The translations under genes and the position numbers were made by a program. From positions 10,769-74,768 of the forward strand of contig MSXQ01000013.1 in NCBI GenBank assembly GCA_002083645.1: 64,000 bases of DNA, given 5' to 3'. Under the pieces are notes generated by a model. The model saw only the letters and a program-made list of their open reading frames with translations. It was not told where the DNA came from and did not search any database. Below are positions 9,628 to 17,256 of this stretch, piece by piece. Source of the stretch: Proteobacteria bacterium ST_bin13. GTDB lineage: Bacteria > Pseudomonadota > Alphaproteobacteria > Sphingomonadales > Sphingomonadaceae. Within the stretch, counting starts at the first letter, position 1. Each line of letters starts with the position of its first letter.

Positions 9628-11520
9628 ATGTGTGGCATTGCCGGTATTTTCTATCCTGCCACGCCCAAGCCCGTTGATCCCGCGCGGATTACCGCGATGG
9701 CCAATGCCCAGGCCCATCGCGGCCCGGATGGATCGGGCGTGTGGACTGCGCCGGGCGTTGGGCTGGGCCACCGGCGGCTGTCGATCATCGATCTGGGCGG
9801 CGGCGCGCAGCCTATGGCGAGCGCCGATGGCGCGTTGACGGTTACCTACAACGGCGAAATCTATAATTTCCAGGCAGTGCGCGCCGAGCTGGAGGCGAAG
9901 GGCGCCCGCTTCCGCACCAACAGCGATACCGAAGTGCTGCTGCATGGCTGGGCGGCTTGGGGCCCGGCCATGCTCGACCGGCTGAACGGCATGTTCGCCT
10001 TTGCCCTTCACGACGCGCGGACGCAGAGCCTGTTCCTCGCGCGCGATCGTTTGGGGGTGAAGCCGCTCCATTATGTCATGCTTTCAGACGGCGGATTGGC
10101 ATTTGCCTCGGAATTAAAAGGCTTGCTCGCGCACCCGCTCGTGCGGCGCACGCCCGATATCCGCGCCGTCGAGGATTATCTGGCATTCGGCTATGTCCCC
10201 GATGACACGTGCCTGGTGGCTGGCGTGCAGAAACTGGCGGCCGGCCACAGTGTGTTGATTGAACGCGGTAAACCGATGCCCGCGCCGGTGCAATGGTGGG
10301 ACATTGATTTCAGCCGTCGTGCAACCGGTTCCGTCGCGTCATTGAGCGAGGAGCTGACCGCACTGATGCGGGCGGGCGTAGAATCGCGGATGCTAGCCGA
10401 TGTGCCGCTGGGGGCGTTTCTTTCGGGGGGTGTCGATAGCTCGGCGGTGGTTGCGCTGATGGCGGCGGCGTCTAAGCGCGCCGTGAAGACCTGTACCATT
10501 GGTTTCGACGCGGCTGATCATGACGAACGCGGCTATGCCAATCAGATCGCCACCCTGTTTGCGACCGACCACCGGGAGAAAATTGTCGCTGCCGATGATT
10601 TCGCCCTGATCGACACTTTGGTCGCGGCGTTTGACGAGCCCTTTGCTGATGCATCGGCACTGGCGACCTATCGGGTGTGCGAATTGGCACGTGAAACGGT
10701 GACGGTCGCGCTGTCGGGAGACGGCGCGGATGAGGCGCTCGCCGGCTATCGTCGCTATAAATTCCAGGCCGCTGAGGAACAGGTCCGAGCGCTCATCCCA
10801 GCACAATATCGTGCCGCGGTGTTTGGGAAACTCGGTGCGCTCTATCCCAAAGCGGATTGGGCGCCACGGATGTTCCGGGCCAAAACGACGTTGCTCGGAC
10901 TCGCTGATGACGGGGCGACCGCTTATGCACGGTCAGTGGGCGTCACCACCCCGGCCTTGCGGGCACGATTGTTCAGTGATGCGGCGCGGCGGGCGCTGGG
11001 CGGGCATGTCGCTGAGGCGCGTTATGTCGAGACGATGCGCGCGGCCCCGGCGCGCGAGGCGCTGGACCGGGCGCAATATGCCGATTTCAAGCATTGGCTG
11101 CCGGGCGATATCCTGACCAAGGTCGACCGGACCAGCATGGCCGTTAGCCTGGAGGCACGCGAGCCGCTGCTCGATTACAAATTGATCGAATTCGCCGCGA
11201 CTTTGCCCGTATCAATGCGGATCAAGTCGGGGGAGGGCAAATGGATCATGAAAAAGGCGATGGAGCGCTATTTGCCGCGCGACATTCTCTATCGCCAGAA
11301 AATGGGTTTTGTAACGCCGATCAGCAGCTGGTTTCGCGGGCCGCTCGCGGGCGAAGCTGCTGCGCTGGCGACGTCGCGCGTGCTTGGCGCGACGGGTTGG
11401 TTCGACATGCCGACAATCGACCGCCTCGCCAGCGACCACCGCGCCGGGCGTGCGGAACACGGCCGGACACTGTGGCAGCTGGTGATGCTCGAACGATCGA
11501 TGGCGCGGCTGTTCGGTTAA
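9628..11520 (+). CDS. Asparagine synthase-type amidotransferase (XrtA/PEP-CTERM system amidotransferase)
   Basis: MCGIAGIF Ntn-Cys start and SGGVDSS PP-loop, 630 aa. Last gene of the XrtA locus. Confidence 0.9.
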   Translation: MCGIAGIFYPATPKPVDPARITAMANAQAHRGPDGSGVWTAPGVGLGHRRLSIIDLGGGAQPMASADGALTVTYNGEIYNFQAVRAELEAKGARFRTNSDTEVLLHGWAAWGPAMLDRLNGMFAFALHDARTQSLFLARDRLGVKPLHYVMLSDGGLAFASELKGLLAHPLVRRTPDIRAVEDYLAFGYVPDDTCLVAGVQKLAAGHSVLIERGKPMPAPVQWWDIDFSRRATGSVASLSEELTALMRAGVESRMLADVPLGAFLSGGVDSSAVVALMAAASKRAVKTCTIGFDAADHDERGYANQIATLFATDHREKIVAADDFALIDTLVAAFDEPFADASALATYRVCELARETVTVALSGDGADEALAGYRRYKFQAAEEQVRALIPAQYRAAVFGKLGALYPKADWAPRMFRAKTTLLGLADDGATAYARSVGVTTPALRARLFSDAARRALGGHVAEARYVETMRAAPAREALDRAQYADFKHWLPGDILTKVDRTSMAVSLEAREPLLDYKLIEFAATLPVSMRIKSGEGKWIMKKAMERYLPRDILYRQKMGFVTPISSWFRGPLAGEAAALATSRVLGATGWFDMPTIDRLASDHRAGRAEHGRTLWQLVMLERSMARLFG

Positions 11521-11957
11521 AGGTGATGTGCACCCAGCATCGCCATTGCCGCATGCAGCGTCAGCGCGATCAGGCAAAGCGATGACAGCGAGAACAGCGT
11601 GAAGCGCACGATGACGCGGTTAACGAGCACCTGCACCAGGCTGTGGAGGACGCGGAGCGCGACATAGGCCCAGGCGATGGTGAGGTTCACGCCGTCGCCG
11701 GTGCCGATCAGTGCGTGCGTGATGGCGATGGCATAGAAGATCGTGGGCTGTTCGTGCAGATGGTTGTAATTGTCGGCCGGCCATTGCTGCTTGGGCGGGA
11801 TGATCGCCTTCAGGTCTGATCCTGCGCCGCCGACCAGATTGAAGGTATCGATCTTGGCCTTGCGCATCGCGGGCAAGCGGGTGGCATACATCCACACCCA
11901 CATGACAAGGCTCCACGCTGCCAACGCGACGACGGTCGCGAGAATTGGACTGTTCAT
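11517..11957 (-). CDS. MAPEG-family membrane protein
   Basis: About 146 aa with 3-4 hydrophobic helices. GGAG ribosome-binding site (SD) lies before the ATG at 11957. Stop codon overlaps the convergent asparagine synthase stop (TTAA at 11517-11520). Confidence 0.6.
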   Translation of the reverse strand: MNSPILATVVALAAWSLVMWVWMYATRLPAMRKAKIDTFNLVGGAGSDLKAIIPPKQQWPADNYNHLHEQPTIFYAIAITHALIGTGDGVNLTIAWAYVALRVLHSLVQVLVNRVIVRFTLFSLSSLCLIALTLHAAMAMLGAHHL

Positions 11958-12026
11958 AACGAAAACTCCCCCCGGAATTGGTTTCCGAGGGGAGCGGTGA
12001 CTCACTATGTTTCGAAATGCAACCGA

Positions 12027-13103
12027 TCAGTCGAAGATGGCGCCCCAGCGGCGCTTGGCGCGGTCCTTCCACAGGCCGCGGTGATAGGCGTCCGATGCCA
12101 GCAGCGGCATGACCGAACCGGCTTCTGCGAACACCATCTGTTCGATACCGGTATTGACCTTGCCCCAGCTGGCGGCTTCCTGCAACGTCGACGACGAGCA
12201 GGCGCCATCGCGCACATCCGCCACGGTGATCTGCACTGCGTACTTATGCACCTCGACATCGTCATGGCCAAGGATCTCGGCGCAGACGACGGTATCCTGG
12301 ATGAAGTTCTTCGGCACGCCGCCGCCGATCATCAGCAGGCCGGTGGTGCCCGCCTTGATCTTGATTTCGGTCAGCTCGCGGAAATCGGCGATGGCATCGA
12401 GCACCATATAGGGCTTGCCGGCCTTTACCGAATCGACCTGATGCTTGACGAGGCCGAAGCCCGCCGAGCTGTCGACGAACGCCGGGCAGAAGATCGGCAC
12501 GTCATGCTCGTACGCCAGCTTGACGAGGCTGTTGTCCTTCTTGCCATGCTCGACGAGATATTTGCCCATTTCGCGGATGAAGGCGCGGCTCGAATAGGGG
12601 CGAGGTTCCAGCGTCTCGGCAATCTCGAAGATCGTGTGATCGACGTGCTGGAGTTCTTCCTCATCGATATAGGTATCGTAGATCCGGTCGATCAGCAGCG
12701 AGCGCAACGTGTCATCATCGGGCACTTCCAATGCCTGATAATGTTTGTGGCCAAGCCCTTCGAAGAAATCCATGTCGACGATGGTCGCCCCCGTCGCGAC
12801 GACGCAATCGACCATGTTGTTGCGGATCAGCTCGGCATAGAGATCCATGCAGCCACCCGCCGAGGTGGACCCAGCGATGACCAAGCAGATCGTGCAATCG
12901 GGATCGGCGAGCATCTGGTTATAGATGCCGGTCGCGCGCGAGAGATCGCGGCTGGTGAAGCTCATCTTGCCCATCGCTTCGACGATCGGGCGCGCGTCGA
13001 AGCTAGTGATGTCGATATGCTCGACCTGCGTGGAGAGCAGCTCAGCTTTGCGCTGATCGTTGGTGCGGCTGGGGGTGAGCGTGTCGGTCATAAGATGCTC
13101 CAT
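12027..13103 (-). CDS. Deoxyhypusine synthase-like protein (probable homospermidine synthase)
   Basis: DHS-family blocks VIAGSTSAGG, CPAFVDSS and MIGGGVPKNF. Start MEHLM at 13103; the track start at 13313 runs through a REP palindrome and is rejected. Confidence 0.8.
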   Translation of the reverse strand: MEHLMTDTLTPSRTNDQRKAELLSTQVEHIDITSFDARPIVEAMGKMSFTSRDLSRATGIYNQMLADPDCTICLVIAGSTSAGGCMDLYAELIRNNMVDCVVATGATIVDMDFFEGLGHKHYQALEVPDDDTLRSLLIDRIYDTYIDEEELQHVDHTIFEIAETLEPRPYSSRAFIREMGKYLVEHGKKDNSLVKLAYEHDVPIFCPAFVDSSAGFGLVKHQVDSVKAGKPYMVLDAIADFRELTEIKIKAGTTGLLMIGGGVPKNFIQDTVVCAEILGHDDVEVHKYAVQITVADVRDGACSSSTLQEAASWGKVNTGIEQMVFAEAGSVMPLLASDAYHRGLWKDRAKRRWGAIFD

Positions 13104-13105
13104 AT

Positions 13106-13212
13106 CCCCCTCCCGCTTGCGGGAGGGGTTAGGGGTGGGAATGGTCTGGGTGCGGACATGGACGCGTGAACGGCGCAAGCCCACCCCCAACCCCTCCCGC
13201 AAGCGGGAGGGG
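13106..13212. repeat. REP-like nested inverted repeat in the odc / DHS-like intergenic spacer
   Basis: Arms CCCCCTCCCGCTTGCGGGAGGGGTTAGGGGTGGG (13106-13139) and CCCACCCCCAACCCCTCCCGCAAGCGGGAGGGG (13180-13212) are near-perfect reverse complements. Each arm also holds its own palindrome CCTCCCGC-NN-GCGGGAGG. Confidence 0.85.
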
Positions 13213-13239
13213 AGAGGGAAGTGCAATGCTACGCGCGTG

Positions 13240-14460
13240 TTACAGTGTGACGACGTTCGACGGAACCGCGTCTGCCTCGTCATCGAGATAGAGCGATACC
13301 ATTGGCTCATCATCGACGATCACCGTTTCGTCCGAGCCGAAGCCGTTGAACGCGGTGCGCATCGCCGATCCATAGGCGCCGAGCATGCCGATCTCGATAT
13401 AATCGCCTGCCTGCACATCGGCGGGGAGCATGAAGGGGCCCGCCATATGGTCCATATCGTCACAGGTCGGCCCATAGAAGCTGAACGCCATGTCGCGGGC
13501 GTTCGAATCGGGCTCACGCAGCAACGTGACCGGGAAGCGCCAGCCGATATGCGCTGCATCGAACAACGCGCCATAGGCACCGTCGTTGATATACAGTTCG
13601 TCGCCGCGACGCCGTTCGACGCGGACGATGATCGAGCTATATTCGGCGCAGAGCGCACGGCCCGGCTCGGCCCAAAGCTCGGCCGAATAGGAAATCGGCA
13701 GGCTTTCGAACGCGCGGTGGATCGTCGCGAAGTAACGCTCGAGCGGGGGCGGCTCCATACCTGGATAGGACGAGGGAAACCCGCCACCGACATCGACGAC
13801 ATCGACGGTGACGCCAGCATCGACAATCGCCGCGCGGACGCGCTCCATCGCCTGGGCATAGGCCTCGGGCGTCATCGCCTGCGAACCGACATGGAAGCAG
13901 ATGCCGAGCGCATCGGCCGCCTGGCGCGCCGCGAACAGCAGTTCCTTGGTCTCACCCGGGGCCGCGCCGAACTTCGACGCGAGGCTCAGCTTGCTATGCT
14001 CCGACGAGACGCGCAGCCGGACGCACAGCGTCAGGTCAGTCGCATCATTGGTCGCGCGCATCACCTTTGACAGTTCTTCCAGGCTGTCGAGGGAGAAGAC
14101 ACGCACGCCGTGCGTGAAATAGGCTTCTGCAATCGCTTCCTCGGCCTTGACCGGGTGCATGAAGCAGAGCGTGGCCTGCGGCAGCGTCCGCGCAACGAGC
14201 CGCACCTCGGCAATCGAGGCGACGTCGTAATGCGTGATGCCGTTGTCCCACAGGATCTGCAGCAGATCGGCTGAGGGATTGGCCTTTACCGCATACATGG
14301 ACCGCCCCGGAAACTTCTCTGCGAAGAATCGGGCTGCCCGTGCCGCGGCATGGGGACGAACGAGCGTAACCGGCTGAACCGGACGCGTCGAAAGTGCGAT
14401 TCCAATGGCGGAACCGACCTGGGGGCTAGCTAGCTCCCGCGTGCTATGATGCTTGTGCAA
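13240..14460 (-). CDS. Ornithine decarboxylase (type III PLP, eukaryote-like ODC/DapDC fold)
   Basis: YAVKANP (PLP Lys), GGGFP and YGPTCDDMD motifs. The start is uncertain: TTG at 14460 lies 9 nt after GGAGG, while the track ATG at 14616 would overlap the divergent gene. Confidence 0.8.
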   Translation of the reverse strand: MHKHHSTRELASPQVGSAIGIALSTRPVQPVTLVRPHAAARAARFFAEKFPGRSMYAVKANPSADLLQILWDNGITHYDVASIAEVRLVARTLPQATLCFMHPVKAEEAIAEAYFTHGVRVFSLDSLEELSKVMRATNDATDLTLCVRLRVSSEHSKLSLASKFGAAPGETKELLFAARQAADALGICFHVGSQAMTPEAYAQAMERVRAAIVDAGVTVDVVDVGGGFPSSYPGMEPPPLERYFATIHRAFESLPISYSAELWAEPGRALCAEYSSIIVRVERRRGDELYINDGAYGALFDAAHIGWRFPVTLLREPDSNARDMAFSFYGPTCDDMDHMAGPFMLPADVQAGDYIEIGMLGAYGSAMRTAFNGFGSDETVIVDDEPMVSLYLDDEADAVPSNVVTL

Positions 14461-14485
14461 CTCAAGGGACCTCCAAATGTCGTGA

Positions 14486-14533
14486 GACAAAACGAAAAAA
14501 GCTGCCTTGCGGTTGGAAGTCCCATGGGGCAGC
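14486..14533 (-). promoter_or_regulatory. Terminator-like stem-loop plus U-tract in the ODC 5' leader (possible attenuator)
   Basis: Minus strand reads GCUGCC-21 nt-GGCAGC followed by UUUUUUCGUUUUG. It sits about 25 nt upstream of the GGAGG SD of the ODC gene. Confidence 0.35.
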
Positions 14534-14598
14534 GGAAGGGCCGAATAGGGTCGGTTGATCTGGATGTAAATAGTTATTTGAAGGTCGAGGAAAGTTTC

Positions 14599-15561
14599 AT
14601 GACAATTTTGCGACAACCGACCCGCGCGGGGGTCCGCGACGCGGCGGCAAAGCTCGCCGCCATCCTGCCGCCGAGCCCTTTATTCATAGGCGAAATCAAG
14701 GGATTTAGCGTCGCTTTCAAGGCGGAAAACCTGCAACCGGTTGGCGCGTTCAAATTGCGCGGTGCCTGGCACCGGCTGACCGCGATTGATGCCGAATCGC
14801 GGAGCAAAGGCGTGGTCGCGTTTTCGTCAGGCAATCATGCGCAGGGAATCGCATGGGCCGCGAAACGGCTCGGCATGCCCGCGCTGATCGTGATGCCGAG
14901 CGATGCGCCCGCCGTGAAGCGCGAAGCGACGCTGGCGCTGGGCGCGGAGATCGTCAGCTATGACCGGGCGAGCGAGAGTCGCGAGAAGATCGCCGCCGGG
15001 CTGGCGGGCGCGCGCGGGGCGGTGCTGGTGCCGAGCTTCGATGATCCCTGGGTGATCGAGGGGCAGGGCAGCGCCGGGCTGGAAGCCGCCAAGCAGATGG
15101 AAAAGCAGGGGATGGGCGCACCGACTCGCGTGATCGTGCCGTGCGGCGGTGGTGGGCTGGCGGCGGGGATTGCGCTCGCGCTGCCCGACGCGGCGGTGAC
15201 CGTGGTCGAGCCCGAGGGGTGGGACGATATGCGGCGGTCACTGGAGGCCGGGTGGATCGAGCCGGTGGGGGACAATCCGCCGCCGACCGCGTGCGATTCG
15301 CTGCAGACCAAGCAGGTATCGCCGCTGACTTTTGATGTGCTCTCACGGCGCGGGGTGACGGGGGTGGCGGTGAGCGAGGCGGAAGTCGCGGCGGCGCAAC
15401 GCTGGGCGGCGGAGAAGCTGCGGCTGGTGGTGGAGCCGGGCGGCGCGGTGGCGCTGGCGGCGTTGCTCGCGGGCAAGGTGGAGATGAGCGAGGGGATGCT
15501 GGTGATCTTGTCGGGCGGGAATGTCGATCCGGCGGCTTATGCGCGGGTGTTGGCGGGATGA
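14599..15561 (+). CDS. Threonine/serine dehydratase (PLP, tryptophan-synthase-beta fold)
   Basis: FKLRGA (PLP Lys), SSGNHAQG and PCGGGGL motifs. ATG at 14599. Confidence 0.85.
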   Translation: MTILRQPTRAGVRDAAAKLAAILPPSPLFIGEIKGFSVAFKAENLQPVGAFKLRGAWHRLTAIDAESRSKGVVAFSSGNHAQGIAWAAKRLGMPALIVMPSDAPAVKREATLALGAEIVSYDRASESREKIAAGLAGARGAVLVPSFDDPWVIEGQGSAGLEAAKQMEKQGMGAPTRVIVPCGGGGLAAGIALALPDAAVTVVEPEGWDDMRRSLEAGWIEPVGDNPPPTACDSLQTKQVSPLTFDVLSRRGVTGVAVSEAEVAAAQRWAAEKLRLVVEPGGAVALAALLAGKVEMSEGMLVILSGGNVDPAAYARVLAG

Positions 15562-15737
15562 CGCCGTTGTTTGGGTCGATCGCGGCAGCGGCGCCGGCGA
15601 TTGCGATGCTGGGGGTGTTTGCTTGTCTGATTGGCGGCGGGTGGATGATTGCGAAGGGGGGCGACCGGAAGAAGGGGGTGCTGTTGCTGGTGATGGCGGC
15701 GGTGTTGTTGGGGAATGTGGTGATTTGGGTGGGGTGA
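15558..15737 (+). CDS. 59-aa two-helix membrane mini-protein (below the ORF-track length cutoff)
   Basis: ATGA overlap with the dehydratase stop. Product is MTPLFGSIAAAAPAIAMLGVFACLIGGGWMIAKGGDRKKGVLLLVMAAVLLGNVVIWVG, two hydrophobic helices joined by a basic loop. Confidence 0.5.
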   Translation: MTPLFGSIAAAAPAIAMLGVFACLIGGGWMIAKGGDRKKGVLLLVMAAVLLGNVVIWVG

Positions 15738-15780
15738 GGTGCTTGGCGGGCATCGCGCTGCACATGGCCCCAACTAAACC

Positions 15781-15874
15781 CGTCACCCCGGACTTGATCC
15801 GGGGTCCCGCTGCCTTAGTCCACGCGATGCCCGAGGTTGGAAAAGCAGGACCCCGGGTCAAACTCGGGGTGACG
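15781..15874. repeat. REP/MITE-like inverted repeat
   Basis: CGTCACCCCGGACTTGATCCGGGGTCC (15781-15807) pairs with GGACCCCGGGTCAAACTCGGGGTGACG (15848-15874). Each arm also has an internal CCCCGG..CCGGGG palindrome. Confidence 0.8.
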
Positions 15875-15923
15875 GAGGAGAGAGAGGGCAGGAATTGCCC
15901 ACTTTTGGGGGGTTTTTCGCCAA

Positions 15924-16355
15924 GTGCACTACACGCCCGTGTCGGACGAGAAACCATCTGAGCGGCTTGTAAAGCAACGGGTGCGAAACCGCATTATGGA
16001 AGCAATTTGGGGGTTATCGAGGGGCGACGAACAGGTACGCCAATCAGGGTCAGTCGAATGGTTCGGGTCGTTCTTTGACTGGTTCCCTTATGAAGGGGAG
16101 CCGGATTATTATCCGGCCATGACAACAGAGGAGGTAATCGCCGTTCGAGATGTCTTAGAGCTCATGCAAAAAGCTATTTCAGATACCGCCATCTCGAATA
16201 TGCCATCCTTCAGCGAGATTACGAGCACAGGTTGGCCTGTGCGCATAGCACCAGTAGCGAAACAGGCACTCGACGTGATGCTGCGCCGGGGTCGGTTTTC
16301 TGAAGCAGCAGAAGAGGAGGAACCGACAACTCCGATTCCATGGCCCCCAAAGTAG
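15924..16355 (+). CDS. Hypothetical protein in an AT-richer patch (orphan, possibly acquired)
   Basis: 143-aa ORF (GTG 15924; alternative ATG 15996). Acidic C-terminus EAAEEEEPTTPIPWPPK. I recognise no family. Confidence 0.5.
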   Translation: MHYTPVSDEKPSERLVKQRVRNRIMEAIWGLSRGDEQVRQSGSVEWFGSFFDWFPYEGEPDYYPAMTTEEVIAVRDVLELMQKAISDTAISNMPSFSEITSTGWPVRIAPVAKQALDVMLRRGRFSEAAEEEEPTTPIPWPPK

Positions 16356-16440
16356 GGTTCGCCAACCAAATGCAGCCCATCACATCCCCGCCATGGGCAA
16401 AGCCCATGTCGTCGGTCGGGGCATCGGCCCCACCGGCCGG

Positions 16441-16491
16441 TCGCGCTGCCTTGAGCGCAATTTAGCTTCGCTAAATCTGCGCGCAGCGCGA
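16441..16491. terminator. 51-nt imperfect palindrome between convergent genes (probable bidirectional terminator)
   Basis: TCGCGCTGC-cttga-GCGCA-a-TTTAGC-ttc-GCTAAA-tc-TGCGC-GCAGCGCGA. Confidence 0.5.
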
Positions 16492-16493
16492 CC

Positions 16494-17150
16494 TCACTTA
16501 ATCGGTGAATTCGGGTCCAGCCGCATGTCGAGATAATTGTCCACGCTCTCCATCAGTTCGGGCATTTCATGCTCGAAGAAATGGTTGGCGCGCGGCAGCA
16601 CGTCGTGGTGGATGGTGATGTGCTTTTGCGTGCGCAGCTTGTCGACCAACTTCTGCACCGCGAGCGGGGTCACCACTTCATCGCCGTCGCCCTGGATGAT
16701 GATGCCCGAGGAGGGGCAGGGGGCGAGGAAGGTGAAATCATACATGTTGGCGGGCGGCGCGACCGAGATGAAGCCGCGGATTTCGGGGCGGCGCATCAGC
16801 AGCTGCATGCCGATCCACGCGCCAAAGCTGACGCCGGCGATCCAGGTGGTCGATGCTTCGGGGTGGATACTCTGCACCCAATCGAGCGCGCTGGCGGCGT
16901 CAGACAGCTCGCCGACGCCATTGTCGAAGGTGCCCTGGCTCTTGCCGACGCCGCGAAAATTGAAGCGCAGCGTGGCGAAGCCGCGGCGCTGGAAGGTCTT
17001 GTAGAGCTCCTGCACGATCCGGTTGTTCATCGTGCCGCCCGAGGAGGGGTGCGGGTGCAGGATCATCGCGACGGGCGCGCGCGGGCGCGGCGGCGGCGAG
17101 AAACGGCCTTCGAGACGGCCATCGGGGCCGGGAAAAATGACTTCTGGCAT
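16494..17150 (-). CDS. Alpha/beta hydrolase
   Basis: GVSFGA nucleophile elbow, 218 aa from MPEVIFPGPDG. Confidence 0.75.
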   Translation of the reverse strand: MPEVIFPGPDGRLEGRFSPPPRPRAPVAMILHPHPSSGGTMNNRIVQELYKTFQRRGFATLRFNFRGVGKSQGTFDNGVGELSDAASALDWVQSIHPEASTTWIAGVSFGAWIGMQLLMRRPEIRGFISVAPPANMYDFTFLAPCPSSGIIIQGDGDEVVTPLAVQKLVDKLRTQKHITIHHDVLPRANHFFEHEMPELMESVDNYLDMRLDPNSPIK

Positions 17151-17256
17151 GGGACCTGCTGACGTGAATGCGGGACGCGCGCGGGGCACGGGATGCGGGC
17201 CTATATAGGAAAGGGCGCGCTTGGCGCAATCATTCTGGACGGCTAGGGCCTTAGCG

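Noticed and set aside
13104-13313. N-terminal 70-aa extension of the DHS-like ORF (track start 13313)
   Set aside because: The extension is the translation of the REP palindromes (…PLPSRLREGLGVGL…PTPNPSRKREG…) and overlaps the ODC 3' end. A conserved-looking start MEHLMTDTL lies at 13103.
14954-15957. Pro/Arg/Ser-rich minus-strand ORFs (14954..15763, 15343..15957) that could be mistaken for proline-rich secreted proteins
   Set aside because: They are antisense to the threonine dehydratase gene and run through the REP-like element. The low-complexity translation is a product of GC-rich antisense codons.
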